Assembly (NCBI GenBank): GCA_026993075.1
Contig: JALWUQ010000048.1
Location: forward strand, 1 to 57,957
Length of the DNA: 57,957 nucleotides
Direction of reading: 5' to 3'
Source: Campylobacteraceae bacterium
Lineage (GTDB): Bacteria > Campylobacterota > Campylobacteria > Campylobacterales > JALSKU01
The translations under genes and the position numbers were made by a program. Shown in pieces: positions 37,668 to 47,619 of the stretch. The notes beneath the pieces were generated by a model that saw nothing but the letters and a program-made list of their open reading frames with translations, did no database searches and had not been told where the DNA came from. Position 1 is the stretch's first letter, and each line of letters starts with the position of its first letter.

Positions 37668-39305
37668 TTATTTTTTATAAACTTTTTCATAATATTCTCT
37701 AACCATCCTGGAAGAGTCAAAATACCGTATATCATTCATACCATTTTGTATGATTTGCACCCATTTTTTTTCATCATCATAGTAAGTAGGCAGTATCTCA
37801 TCTTCTAAGATACTCATCATACTTTCATAATCCTTTTTATCTTGCTCTTCTATACTAAGAGTTGTATCTGCATGATGGATTGTAAATGAATTAATATCAT
37901 CTTTATAAAACTCATCATGCCATCCATCGTCAATAGAAAAATGGATACAGGCATTTGAAACTGCACTCATTCCGCTAGTACCGCTTGCTTCTCTTGAATA
38001 CCTTGGAGTATTTAGCCAAATATCACCTCCTTGTTTTAAAAGTTTTGAAAGCCTCAATTCATACCCTATTAAGACAGCTACATTCTTATACTCTTTCGCA
38101 ATTTTAATAAGCTCATTAAACATATTGACAGCACGATAATCAAGTGGATATGGTTTACCTGCCCAAATGATTTGCACAGGTCTTTTAGTATCATTTATAA
38201 GTTTTTTAAATCTTTGCATATCATAAGTTAAAAGCCATGGTCTTTTATATTCGGCAAATCTTCTTGCCCATACGATAGTTAAAATATCAGGATCAAATAT
38301 CTTTCCTGTTTGGTCTGCGACTTCTTCAAAAAGCAACCTTTTTAAATGTTTTTTTCTCCCAATTATCTGGTACTCTTCATGCTCTTGAAACCAGCTAACT
38401 AACTGTTTATCAGCCCAATACCTCATATTTTGTGCATTTGTTATACCTATTATCTCACATTTTCCTTTTACCCCACTCCACATTTCATTAGCAACTTTGG
38501 CATGTATTTTAGAAACAGCATTGGCAATTTTTGAAACTTTTAAAGCTCCTATTGTTAAAGAAAAATTATCATCTTCATAATTTAATATTTTTTTTACTTC
38601 TTCTGCTCCTAAGCTGCCAAAAAAGCCCATCCTTTCTAAAAGGCTTATATCATGTTCTTCATTTCCTGCTATTTCTGGAGTATGAGTAGTAAAAACGACT
38701 CTTTTTTTAACTTCTTCCAAACTTTCTAAATTTTCCAAAAGCTTAAATGCCAAAGGCAAGGCATGCCCTTCGTTTAAATGATAAATATCTATCTCTTCAT
38801 TAAGGGCTTCAAGAACCTTTACTCCACCTATACCTAAAACTATCTCTTGAGCGATTCTTGTTTCTTCGTTGGCATCATACAGTTTGTGAGTAATCGTCCT
38901 TGCCAAATAATCATTTTCAAAAACATCGGTTGAGAGCAGTATAAGAGGTGCGGTATCAAAACAAGATGAAGGTAAAAGATAAGCTTTTACTGTTATTGGC
39001 TTGGAATTTATCATAACTGTTACTTTGATATTTAAATCTCTTATAAAATAGTAAAATTTTCTTAAAAAATCTATCTTTAAACTTCTGTCTTCATGTCTGT
39101 GTTGATCATAATATCCATAACTCCACAAAAGCCCTACACCGATAGTATTTTGTCTTAAATCATTCGCACTTCTAAGATGAGAACCTGCTAAAAAACCAAG
39201 TCCTCCCGAGTAATTTTTAAAAGCTTGATCTATTGCAAACTCCATCGAAAAGTAAGCGACTTTTGTGCTGTATCTTTCATTTATATCATAATCAATCAGT
39301 TTCAT
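37668..39305 (-). CDS. GT35 alpha-glucan phosphorylase-family paralog lacking the PLP lysine (candidate pseudoenzyme)
   Basis: 545 aa. YSGGLGFLAG, HLNEGH, FTTHTP and ARRFAEYKR are conserved, but the PLP motif reads EASGTSGMS instead of GTSGMK. Confidence 0.8.
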   Translation of the reverse strand: MKLIDYDINERYSTKVAYFSMEFAIDQAFKNYSGGLGFLAGSHLRSANDLRQNTIGVGLLWSYGYYDQHRHEDRSLKIDFLRKFYYFIRDLNIKVTVMINSKPITVKAYLLPSSCFDTAPLILLSTDVFENDYLARTITHKLYDANEETRIAQEIVLGIGGVKVLEALNEEIDIYHLNEGHALPLAFKLLENLESLEEVKKRVVFTTHTPEIAGNEEHDISLLERMGFFGSLGAEEVKKILNYEDDNFSLTIGALKVSKIANAVSKIHAKVANEMWSGVKGKCEIIGITNAQNMRYWADKQLVSWFQEHEEYQIIGRKKHLKRLLFEEVADQTGKIFDPDILTIVWARRFAEYKRPWLLTYDMQRFKKLINDTKRPVQIIWAGKPYPLDYRAVNMFNELIKIAKEYKNVAVLIGYELRLSKLLKQGGDIWLNTPRYSREASGTSGMSAVSNACIHFSIDDGWHDEFYKDDINSFTIHHADTTLSIEEQDKKDYESMMSILEDEILPTYYDDEKKWVQIIQNGMNDIRYFDSSRMVREYYEKVYKK

Positions 39306-40565
39306 CTATTTATCGCCTCCAAATTTTTTAACTAATATTTTTTTACCATTTTCAACGCCTGGCTGGTCATAAGTATTTATCCCAAGAAGCAAGCCTGTAT
39401 ATGAAGTAAGCAATTCAAAATACATTATCATTTCTCCTATATTTTCTTCACTTATTATATCTAAAGTTATACTGTCAACAGGAATATTTTCAGCAATTAA
39501 GCTCTCTTTTGTCGCATCGCACTCTGCATTTATAAGTTCATTAAAAGAGTGAGAGTTTATATAATCAACTTTTTCAATATTTTTTAAAGATATAGAAGGA
39601 ACAATCAAATCATTTTCAAAATCTTCAACTTTTATAAATGTGACTGTCTTGTCTCTTACTCCTTGCATAATAAGTTGTAAAAAAGAGTGTTGATCTACTG
39701 AGCCTATGTGTCCAATAGGAGTCAAACCGGTATGTTTGCCTTCTTTGTCAATTTTTCCAAGAGACTCAGCCCATAACTGCACGAACCATTTGGTAAAATC
39801 TTCCAAACAATCAGCATAAGAAAAAAGTACATTCACAGGGTATTTTTTTTGTGCATAAAAAAGAGCTTTTAAGCCTATACTCTCAATTCTGCTGTCAAAA
39901 AATTTATCCATTATCGATTTTGCACCTTTTAGTATCGATTCAACATCAAATCCTGCCAATTTCAAAGGAACTACTCCAACCGCACTTAAAACAGAAAACC
40001 GCCCTCCTACATTTTGAGGTATAACAAAAACTTTGATGCCGTGAAAATCAGCAAATTTACAAAGAGGCGAACCATCATCGCTAACAACAAGCACTCTTTT
40101 ATTCTCAGCTGTATTTAAATCTATATCAAAATGTGCAATAACTGTCTTAAAAATAGAAGTTGTCTCTATAGTTCCTCCGGATTTGGATATTACTACAAAT
40201 ATAGAATTTTCTTTTTTTATCTGTGAAAATATTTTTGATATACTCAAAGGATCAGGATTTTCCAAAAAAAGTAAATTTTTAATATTTTTATATTTATGCT
40301 TTAATACAGAATTTACAGCTTTTGTACCCAAAGATGAACCGCCAATCCCTATAACTACAATATTCTCAGCACTTTGATAAATCCCATCTTCATTTATAAT
40401 ATAATTTTCTACCTCTTTCAAAAGATGAATAGAATCATCAGGAAGATTATAATATCCACTTACTCCTTTTTCTCTCTCTTGTATCATCGAGCCAAATGCA
40501 TTTAGCAAAAGTATACTGTTTTCTTCATCAATTTCTACATCCAAATATCTCTCATACTGTATCAT
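39306..40565 (-). CDS. pgi: Glucose-6-phosphate isomerase
   Basis: 419 aa. IGIGGSSLG and GGRFSVLSAVG are present. Confidence 0.9.
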   Translation of the reverse strand: MIQYERYLDVEIDEENSILLLNAFGSMIQEREKGVSGYYNLPDDSIHLLKEVENYIINEDGIYQSAENIVVIGIGGSSLGTKAVNSVLKHKYKNIKNLLFLENPDPLSISKIFSQIKKENSIFVVISKSGGTIETTSIFKTVIAHFDIDLNTAENKRVLVVSDDGSPLCKFADFHGIKVFVIPQNVGGRFSVLSAVGVVPLKLAGFDVESILKGAKSIMDKFFDSRIESIGLKALFYAQKKYPVNVLFSYADCLEDFTKWFVQLWAESLGKIDKEGKHTGLTPIGHIGSVDQHSFLQLIMQGVRDKTVTFIKVEDFENDLIVPSISLKNIEKVDYINSHSFNELINAECDATKESLIAENIPVDSITLDIISEENIGEMIMYFELLTSYTGLLLGINTYDQPGVENGKKILVKKFGGDK

Positions 40566-40566
40566 T

Positions 40567-42210
40567 TTATCCCTCCTTAAAAACTTTTTTTATCATTTGT
40601 TTAGCTTCGTTTTGTATAGATTTTAAATGCTCCAACGATACAAAACTCTCTGCATAAATCTTATAAATATCTTCTGTCCCAGATGGTCTCAAAGCAACCC
40701 AACTGTTTTTTGTAACTATTTTAACTCCACCTATTTTTGCACCATTTCCTGAAGCTTTTGAAAAAATATACTCTATCTTCTCACCGCCTAAACTCTTTTC
40801 TTTTATATCTTTTGGCTCTATATTTTTCAATATATCTTTTTGCTCTTTGGTTGCTGTAACATCTATTCTTGCATAGTATGCTTTTGAGAAACTTTTTTCA
40901 AAATCGCTGTAAATATCACTTAAATCTCTTTTTTGACTTGCAATGATTTCAGCTGAGAGGAGATTGAGTATAATACCGTCTTTATCTGTAGTCCAAACAC
41001 TCTCATCAAACCTCAAAAAAGAAGCCCCCGCGCTCTCTTCACCGCCAAATCCAAGTTCGCCGTCAAACAAACCTTTTGAAAACCACTTAAAACCAACAGG
41101 CACTTCATATATCTTTCTGTTTAGAGATGTTGCAACTTTGTCTATCATAGAACTTGAAACTAAAGTTTTTCCTATTTTTAATCCTTTGCTCCAATGTCTA
41201 TGTTTAAACAGGTACCAAATAGCAACACTAAGATAATGATTTGGATTTAAAAGTCCGCCTTTTGGTGTGACTATACCATGCCTGTCAGAGTCAACATCAT
41301 TGGCAAATGCTATATCATACTTATCTTTTAGTCCAATCAACCCTGCCATCGCGTAAACAGATGAGCAATCCATCCTGATTTTACCGTCATGGTCTAAATG
41401 CATAAAAGAAAAAGTAGGATCTACAAATGGATCTATAATATCCATATCAAGAGAGTATATCTCATTTATCTTTTTATAAACAGCTATACTTGCCCCACCC
41501 AAAGGGTTGACTCCTATCTTTAATTTTGCTTTTTTTAGCAAATCCATATCAATAATATCTTTTAAAGATTCTACATAAGGTGTGATAAAATCATACTCTT
41601 TTATATATCCGCTTCGCATAGCATCTTCAAGTGAAATACTCTTAACACTTAAAAGATTATTTTTCAAGATTTCATTTGCTTTTTTTTCTATGATATTTGT
41701 TATATCACTCTCAGCCGGTCCTCCATTTGGTGGATTATATTTATAACCTCCATCACTTGGCGGGTTGTGTGAAGGTGTTATAACCACTCCATCACCTTTT
41801 TTATTATTTGTTTTATTATATTCCAATATGGCAAATGAAACTAAAGGGGTTGGCGTATACTCATCATCTTTAGCTATAAATACATTTACCTCATTTGCAG
41901 CAAAAACTTCCAAAGAAGTGAGTTGTGCGGGAATAGAAAGGGCATGTGTATCTTTACCTAAAAATAAAACTCCATCAATACCATTTTCTTTTCTATAATC
42001 ACAAATAGCTTGAGAGATAGCTTTAACATGGTACTCATTAAAGCTTTTTTTGTAGGCATTTCCTCTGTGACCAGAGGTTCCAAATGAGACTGTTTGCTCT
42101 TTTTTACTCATGTCCGGAGTTAACATATAGTATGCACTTATAAGTGCTGGTATATTTTCAAGTTTATCTTTTGAGACAAGTTTTCCCGCATTTTTATCTA
42201 TCATTTTCAA
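40567..42210 (-). CDS. pgm: Phosphoglucomutase (alpha-D-glucose phosphate-specific)
   Basis: 547 aa with all four loops intact: TPSHNP, DVDSDR, GGEESAG and RPSGTED. Confidence 0.93.
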   Translation of the reverse strand: MKMIDKNAGKLVSKDKLENIPALISAYYMLTPDMSKKEQTVSFGTSGHRGNAYKKSFNEYHVKAISQAICDYRKENGIDGVLFLGKDTHALSIPAQLTSLEVFAANEVNVFIAKDDEYTPTPLVSFAILEYNKTNNKKGDGVVITPSHNPPSDGGYKYNPPNGGPAESDITNIIEKKANEILKNNLLSVKSISLEDAMRSGYIKEYDFITPYVESLKDIIDMDLLKKAKLKIGVNPLGGASIAVYKKINEIYSLDMDIIDPFVDPTFSFMHLDHDGKIRMDCSSVYAMAGLIGLKDKYDIAFANDVDSDRHGIVTPKGGLLNPNHYLSVAIWYLFKHRHWSKGLKIGKTLVSSSMIDKVATSLNRKIYEVPVGFKWFSKGLFDGELGFGGEESAGASFLRFDESVWTTDKDGIILNLLSAEIIASQKRDLSDIYSDFEKSFSKAYYARIDVTATKEQKDILKNIEPKDIKEKSLGGEKIEYIFSKASGNGAKIGGVKIVTKNSWVALRPSGTEDIYKIYAESFVSLEHLKSIQNEAKQMIKKVFKEG

Positions 42211-42213
42211 TCC

Positions 42214-42450
42214 TTAAAAAATTTCGTTCGACACCTCATCTATATGACCTTTTTTACCACCTTTTATATGAGCATAAGCAACCACTAAAGCTACTACAGC
42301 TGAAAAGACAATAAAATATAAAAAATTAAATATCATATCAGCATAATAATCAATCATTCCAGAAAGTGCTGTAAAAAGTACAAAATATGTTAAAAATAAT
42401 TTTATATATCTTTTATATGGAAACTTTTTATTATGTTTTTTATGACTCAC
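42214..42450 (-). CDS. Small two-TM membrane protein
   Basis: 78 aa. A basic N-terminus is followed by two hydrophobic helices. The start overlaps the gpmA stop by 11 nt, and the stop lies 3 nt before pgm. Confidence 0.55.
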   Translation of the reverse strand: MSHKKHNKKFPYKRYIKLFLTYFVLFTALSGMIDYYADMIFNFLYFIVFSAVVALVVAYAHIKGGKKGHIDEVSNEIF

Positions 42451-43150
42451 TTTTATCCTTTAAAACAGTCTTATTAGTCATTTGCATCACTTTGTCAAAC
42501 TCATACACTATAAGTTCTCCAGTAGGAATCTCAAACTTAACTATCTCTTCTTCAGATATTTTCTCAATCTCCATGACCAATGCTCTTAAAGAGTTTCCAT
42601 GAGCTGATATGAGTACTGTTTTATCAGTTGTAAGAACAGGTACTATTTTTTCATAAAAATAATTAACTGCTCTTTTTTTTGTATCTTTTAAAGACTCACT
42701 CTTTGGAAGTAAAAAAGGATTTACACTATTGTATTTTTTATCATTTTCAGGCAATCTTTTATCTCCTGTTTCAAGAGGAGGAGGTGGAGTATCATACCCT
42801 CTTCTGATACTTAAAAACATACTCTCACCTATCTCAAGCTTTATCTTGTCTTTATTCATTCCCTGCCATGCACCATAATGCCTTTCATTCAACTTCCAAC
42901 TTCTATTTATATCTATATGCTCCCAATTTAATTCATTTAAAACGATCTGTGCTGTATGTATAGCCCTTTTTAGCCAAGAAGTAAAACAAATTTCAGGCAA
43001 CAAACCACTTCTTTTTAAAATATCTCCAGCTTGTTTTGCTTCATCTCTTCCTTGTTTGCTAAGTTCTACATCGCTCCAACCGGTAAAGATATTTTGTTGA
43101 TTATAAACACTTTGACCATGTCTTAAAAGTATAAGTTTTGACATTTTCAA
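42440..43150 (-). CDS. gpmA: 2,3-bisphosphoglycerate-dependent phosphoglycerate mutase
   Basis: LLRHGQSVYNQQNIFTGW and SAHGNSLR are present. Confidence 0.93.
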   Translation of the reverse strand: MKMSKLILLRHGQSVYNQQNIFTGWSDVELSKQGRDEAKQAGDILKRSGLLPEICFTSWLKRAIHTAQIVLNELNWEHIDINRSWKLNERHYGAWQGMNKDKIKLEIGESMFLSIRRGYDTPPPPLETGDKRLPENDKKYNSVNPFLLPKSESLKDTKKRAVNYFYEKIVPVLTTDKTVLISAHGNSLRALVMEIEKISEEEIVKFEIPTGELIVYEFDKVMQMTNKTVLKDKSES

Positions 43151-44157
43151 TCCATCTTAGATGCTACAAAATCAGCAAGTTCTAATAATCTTTGAGAATA
43201 TCCGTATTCATTATCATACCAGGCAAGCACTTTTACCATTTTATCTCCGACTACACTTGTTGAAAGTCCATCTATGATACTTGAGTGAAGATTACCTAAG
43301 ATATCGCTTGAGACTACTTCTTCCATTGTTATTTCAAGTATTCCTTTTAACTCATTTTGAGATGCTTTTTTATAAGCTTCATTTAACTCCTGGGCTGTTG
43401 TAGGTTTACTTAAAACAGCAACTATCTCTGTAATAGCACCATCAGGTACCGGCACCCTAAGAGCCATAGCTTCCATTTTACCTTTTAATACAGGGATAAC
43501 TTCGGTAGTGGCTATAGCCGCACCTGTTGTAGTTGGTATTATATTGACCGCGGCAGCTCTTCCTCTTCTTCTTTTTTTTGATCTTTTATCAACTGTTGTT
43601 TGGGTTGAAGTATAGGCATGAGTAGTTGTTATCATAGCATTTTCAACTCCAAAATTATCCTCTAAAACTTTCATCGCAGGAGCTAAAGAGTTGGTTGTGC
43701 AAGAGGCATTTGAGAGAATATGATGATTTTTAGGGTCATATCCGTTTTGATTAACTCCTAACACTATAGTTTTATCCAAGTTTTTTCCCGGAGCTGAAAT
43801 GATAACCTTTTTAGCACCTGCTTCTAAATGCTGCTTGGCAAGATTGCCATCGGTATAGTGTCCGGTGCATTCTAAAACTATATCAATTCCAAGCTCTTTC
43901 CATGGAAGTTCCAAAGGATTGTGAGAACTGACCACAGTTATCTCTTTACCATCAATTATCAGTTTTTCATTTCCTTCTGTTTGTATGTCAAAATCTGCTT
44001 TTCCGTGAACTGAGTCATACTTTAAAAGATAAGCTGCATCTTCCACACTTGAAGTATTTACAGCTACTATTTCACAATGTTTAGGCAAATTGTTCATATA
44101 GTGTCTTAAAACCTGATTGCCAATCCTACCAAGTCCATTTATCGCTACTCTTTTCAT
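43147..44157 (-). CDS. gap: Glyceraldehyde-3-phosphate dehydrogenase
   Basis: INGLGRIG and the catalytic SNASCTTNSLAP are present. 336 aa. Confidence 0.95.
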   Translation of the reverse strand: MKRVAINGLGRIGNQVLRHYMNNLPKHCEIVAVNTSSVEDAAYLLKYDSVHGKADFDIQTEGNEKLIIDGKEITVVSSHNPLELPWKELGIDIVLECTGHYTDGNLAKQHLEAGAKKVIISAPGKNLDKTIVLGVNQNGYDPKNHHILSNASCTTNSLAPAMKVLEDNFGVENAMITTTHAYTSTQTTVDKRSKKRRRGRAAAVNIIPTTTGAAIATTEVIPVLKGKMEAMALRVPVPDGAITEIVAVLSKPTTAQELNEAYKKASQNELKGILEITMEEVVSSDILGNLHSSIIDGLSTSVVGDKMVKVLAWYDNEYGYSQRLLELADFVASKMD

Positions 44158-44159
44158 CT

Positions 44160-46286
44160 TTATATCTCCTTCATAAGTTTTTTTGATATAGGTATATAAA
44201 ATTTATCCGCATACTCTTTCATCATTCGTCTTGCACTAAACTTAGGAGTTATGCTGATAATAGAGTTTTTCATCATCTCTACCCATTTCTCGGGTATATT
44301 ATTTTCATTTAGATCATAGTACAAAGATGCAATTTCCTTTTCTATGATATCGTAAAGGGCGATAGAATCATTCTCATCATTTGCACTCTCCCCTCCAAAC
44401 GCCCAACCGTTTTTATCACCTATTGCCTCAGGCCACCACCCATCTAAGCTTGATAAATGCAAAGTTCCATTTATACTGGCTTTCATCCCACTAGTCCCGC
44501 AAGCTTCCATAGGAATTTGAGGATTGTTCAGCCAAACATCAACTCCTCTGACCAAATATTTTGCCACCTCTTCTGCATAATCCTCTATAAAAGCAATCCT
44601 GCCTTTTAACTTAGGATTTTGAGCTGTTTTAAAAATATTTTGTATCATTTTCTTACCCGGGTTATCGGATGGATGAGCTTTTCCGGCAAAGATTATCTGC
44701 ACAGGCTTATCACTGTTATTTAGTATATTCTCAAGTCTTTGTAAATCTCTTAATAAAAGATTTGGTCTTTTATAGCTTGTCATTCTCCTTGCAAATCCGA
44801 TAGTTAGTATATCAGGATCAAGCATAACTCCCTCAGCCATTGCGACTAATGGATCAATACCTTCATCAGACCACTTTCGCCTAACTCTTTCTCTTATAAA
44901 ATTAACCAATCGTACTTTGTTAGCATAATGCAAATCCCAAATCTCTTTATTACTTATTTCATTTATACGGGTCCAAATAGCGGGATTATCCTCTAAATGA
45001 ATCCAATCTTCACCCAAAACTTCATTTAAATTTTCAAAAAGCTCATCTGAAAGCCAAGTTGATAAATGTACACCGTTTGTTACATACTCTATAGGAACTT
45101 CTTCTTTTTTATCTACGGCAAAAACACTTTTCCATATCTCTTTTGTAACTTCACAATGTTTTTTACTGACAGCATTACGGTTATTGCACATTTTAAGCCC
45201 AAAAACCGTCATATTAAATCCACCTCCGGGAGAGTCTGGATTTATACCAAAACTAAAAAACTCTTCCTTGCTCATTCCAAGTCTCTTCCAGTAATCACCA
45301 AAATAATTACTCATCATATCAAAACTATACACATCAGTTGCAGCTTGAAGAGGAGTATGTGTTGTGAAAACAGAAGTTTCTCTTACTTTTTGCAAGGCAT
45401 CTTCAAGGCTTAATTTTTCATTTTCTATAAAACTTCTAACCCTTTCAAAAAGTGCAAAAGCAGGATGACCTTCATTTAAATGAAGTATTGAATACTCTAT
45501 TCCCAACTCTTCAAGCACTTTGTATCCACCAATTCCCAAAACTATCTGTTGCCTTAATCTTTGATTTAAATCAGGTACATAAAGATGAGAGCAGATTTCT
45601 CTATCCCAAGGGTCATTTTGTTCAATATCCGTATCAAGCAAATATAGAGTAACTCTTCCCACATTTATCTTCCAAACAGAAGCAAATACAGGAGGATCTA
45701 TAAAAGGGACTTGTATTGTAAAATGATTGCCTTGTTCGTCCAAAACTCTTTCTATTGGTGCTGTATCTTTGTCTATGGTTTCATTTGCTCCGTTTTGCCA
45801 TCCGTCACTTCCTATGATTTGCCTTATGTAACCTTGAGGATACATAAAGCCGATACCTACCATAGGGATATTCATATCGCTTGATTCTTTTAGTATATCT
45901 CCCGCTAAAAATCCGAGACCGCCTGAATATATGGGAATTGAATGATGAAGACCAAACTCGGCACAAAAATATGCTATTGGCAAAGGTTCTACTAACTTGG
46001 TATCATTGCCCATATAATCTTTAAAAAGAGCATAAACATAGTTATATTCTTGCATAAACTGTTTATTTTGCAGTAAATTATCCAATTCGTCTTTTGATAA
46101 AATTTTGAGTAATTTTATTGGATTATGATTACTCTCTTTCCAGAGGTAAGGACTTATAAGTTTAAATAAATTTTTACCTTTTGGGTTCCATGTCCACCAT
46201 ATATTTAGTGCGATTTCACCAAGACCCTCTATCTCTTTTGGAAGATTAGGAATGGCTATGTTGGCTGAGGGATCTTTACCTAACAT
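44160..46286 (-). CDS. glgP: Alpha-glucan phosphorylase (GT35, glucan-family type), intact paralog
   Basis: YSGGLGFLAGD, HLNEGH, FTTHTP, ARRMTSYKR, AGKAHPSDNPGKK and the PLP motif EACGTSGMK are present. ATG 46286 lies 1 nt after the eno stop. The ORF opens at TTG 46319. Confidence 0.88.
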   Translation of the reverse strand: MLGKDPSANIAIPNLPKEIEGLGEIALNIWWTWNPKGKNLFKLISPYLWKESNHNPIKLLKILSKDELDNLLQNKQFMQEYNYVYALFKDYMGNDTKLVEPLPIAYFCAEFGLHHSIPIYSGGLGFLAGDILKESSDMNIPMVGIGFMYPQGYIRQIIGSDGWQNGANETIDKDTAPIERVLDEQGNHFTIQVPFIDPPVFASVWKINVGRVTLYLLDTDIEQNDPWDREICSHLYVPDLNQRLRQQIVLGIGGYKVLEELGIEYSILHLNEGHPAFALFERVRSFIENEKLSLEDALQKVRETSVFTTHTPLQAATDVYSFDMMSNYFGDYWKRLGMSKEEFFSFGINPDSPGGGFNMTVFGLKMCNNRNAVSKKHCEVTKEIWKSVFAVDKKEEVPIEYVTNGVHLSTWLSDELFENLNEVLGEDWIHLEDNPAIWTRINEISNKEIWDLHYANKVRLVNFIRERVRRKWSDEGIDPLVAMAEGVMLDPDILTIGFARRMTSYKRPNLLLRDLQRLENILNNSDKPVQIIFAGKAHPSDNPGKKMIQNIFKTAQNPKLKGRIAFIEDYAEEVAKYLVRGVDVWLNNPQIPMEACGTSGMKASINGTLHLSSLDGWWPEAIGDKNGWAFGGESANDENDSIALYDIIEKEIASLYYDLNENNIPEKWVEMMKNSIISITPKFSARRMMKEYADKFYIPISKKLMKEI

Positions 46287-46287
46287 C

Positions 46288-47562
46288 TTATTTCCAATAA
46301 TACTTAGCTCTATCGCCAAGTCTTTCTTCTATCTCAAGGAGTCTATTATATTTTGCAAGCCTTTCACTTCTTGATGCAGACCCGCTTTTTAAGTGCCCAG
46401 TACCCATAGCTACCGTAAAATCAGCTAAAAAAGTATCACAAGTTTCACCAGAGCGATGCGATACAAAGGCTCTCCAGTTATGTTCATAACAAAGTCTTAC
46501 CGCGTCAACCGTTTCACTAACCGTTCCTATTTGATTTAATTTTATCAAAGAAGCATTGGCAGTATGTTCTTTGATACCTCTTTGTATAAATTTTGTATTT
46601 GTTACGAAGATATCATCACCCACAACTTCTATTTTATCTCCCAACTCTTTTGTAAACTTGGTAAATCCTTCCCAATCCTCTTCAGCCAAAGGATCTTCCC
46701 AAAGAATAATGGGGTATTTTTCAACCCATTGTTTTGACATTTCTATCATTTCATCAGTACTTTTTTTACCGGCACCTGACCATTTCATGTCATACTCGCC
46801 TTTTTTCCCGACTACAAAAGAAGTTGCCGCATTATCAAGTGCTATGGATATATCGACTCCCGGTTTGTATCCGCTTTTTTCAATAGCTTCTATGATTATC
46901 TCTATTGCTTCTTCATTACTTTGAAGATTTGGTGCAAAACCACCCTCATCTCCAACAGAAGTTGCAAGTCCTCTTATTTTGAGTAATTTTTTTAAAGTGT
47001 GAAAAGTCTCAGCCACATATCTAAGACCTTCCCTAAATGAAGGAGCACCAAAAGGAACTGCCATAAACTCTTGTATATCTACACTGTTATCAGCATGCTC
47101 ACCGCCATTTAATATATTCATACATGGTACAGGAAGCCTATTAGCTTCAGCTCCTCCAAGGTACTCATAAACTTCAAGATTATGACTCTTTGCAGCTGCT
47201 TTTGTTGCAGCCATAGAGACTCCAAGGATTGCATTCGCACCAAGTTTATCTTTATTTTCCGTACCGTCAAGCTCATTTAAAAGATTGTCTATTTTCATTT
47301 GTTCGGTAGCATCTATTCCTTTTAAAGCAGGAGATATAATTTCATTTACATTTTTAACAGCATCTAAAACTCCCTTACCGCCAAATCTTCTTTTATCACC
47401 ATCACGAAGCTCACAAGCTTCATATTCACCGGTACTAGCTCCACTTGGAACAGAAGATCTCACTCTTGTGCCATCTTCAAGATCCATAAAAACTCTTACA
47501 GTAGGGTTTCCTCTGCTATCAAGAATTTCCATTGCTTTTATATCTTTGATTTTACTGCTCAT
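46288..47562 (-). CDS. eno: Enolase
   Basis: 424 aa. ILDSRGNPTV and SHRSGETCDTFLADF are present. Confidence 0.97.
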   Translation of the reverse strand: MSSKIKDIKAMEILDSRGNPTVRVFMDLEDGTRVRSSVPSGASTGEYEACELRDGDKRRFGGKGVLDAVKNVNEIISPALKGIDATEQMKIDNLLNELDGTENKDKLGANAILGVSMAATKAAAKSHNLEVYEYLGGAEANRLPVPCMNILNGGEHADNSVDIQEFMAVPFGAPSFREGLRYVAETFHTLKKLLKIRGLATSVGDEGGFAPNLQSNEEAIEIIIEAIEKSGYKPGVDISIALDNAATSFVVGKKGEYDMKWSGAGKKSTDEMIEMSKQWVEKYPIILWEDPLAEEDWEGFTKFTKELGDKIEVVGDDIFVTNTKFIQRGIKEHTANASLIKLNQIGTVSETVDAVRLCYEHNWRAFVSHRSGETCDTFLADFTVAMGTGHLKSGSASRSERLAKYNRLLEIEERLGDRAKYYWK

Positions 47563-47619
47563 TTTGTTTACTCCTTGTTTAGAATATTTTCTTATTTGCT
47601 TTTCTTTTGCTCAATCGTG

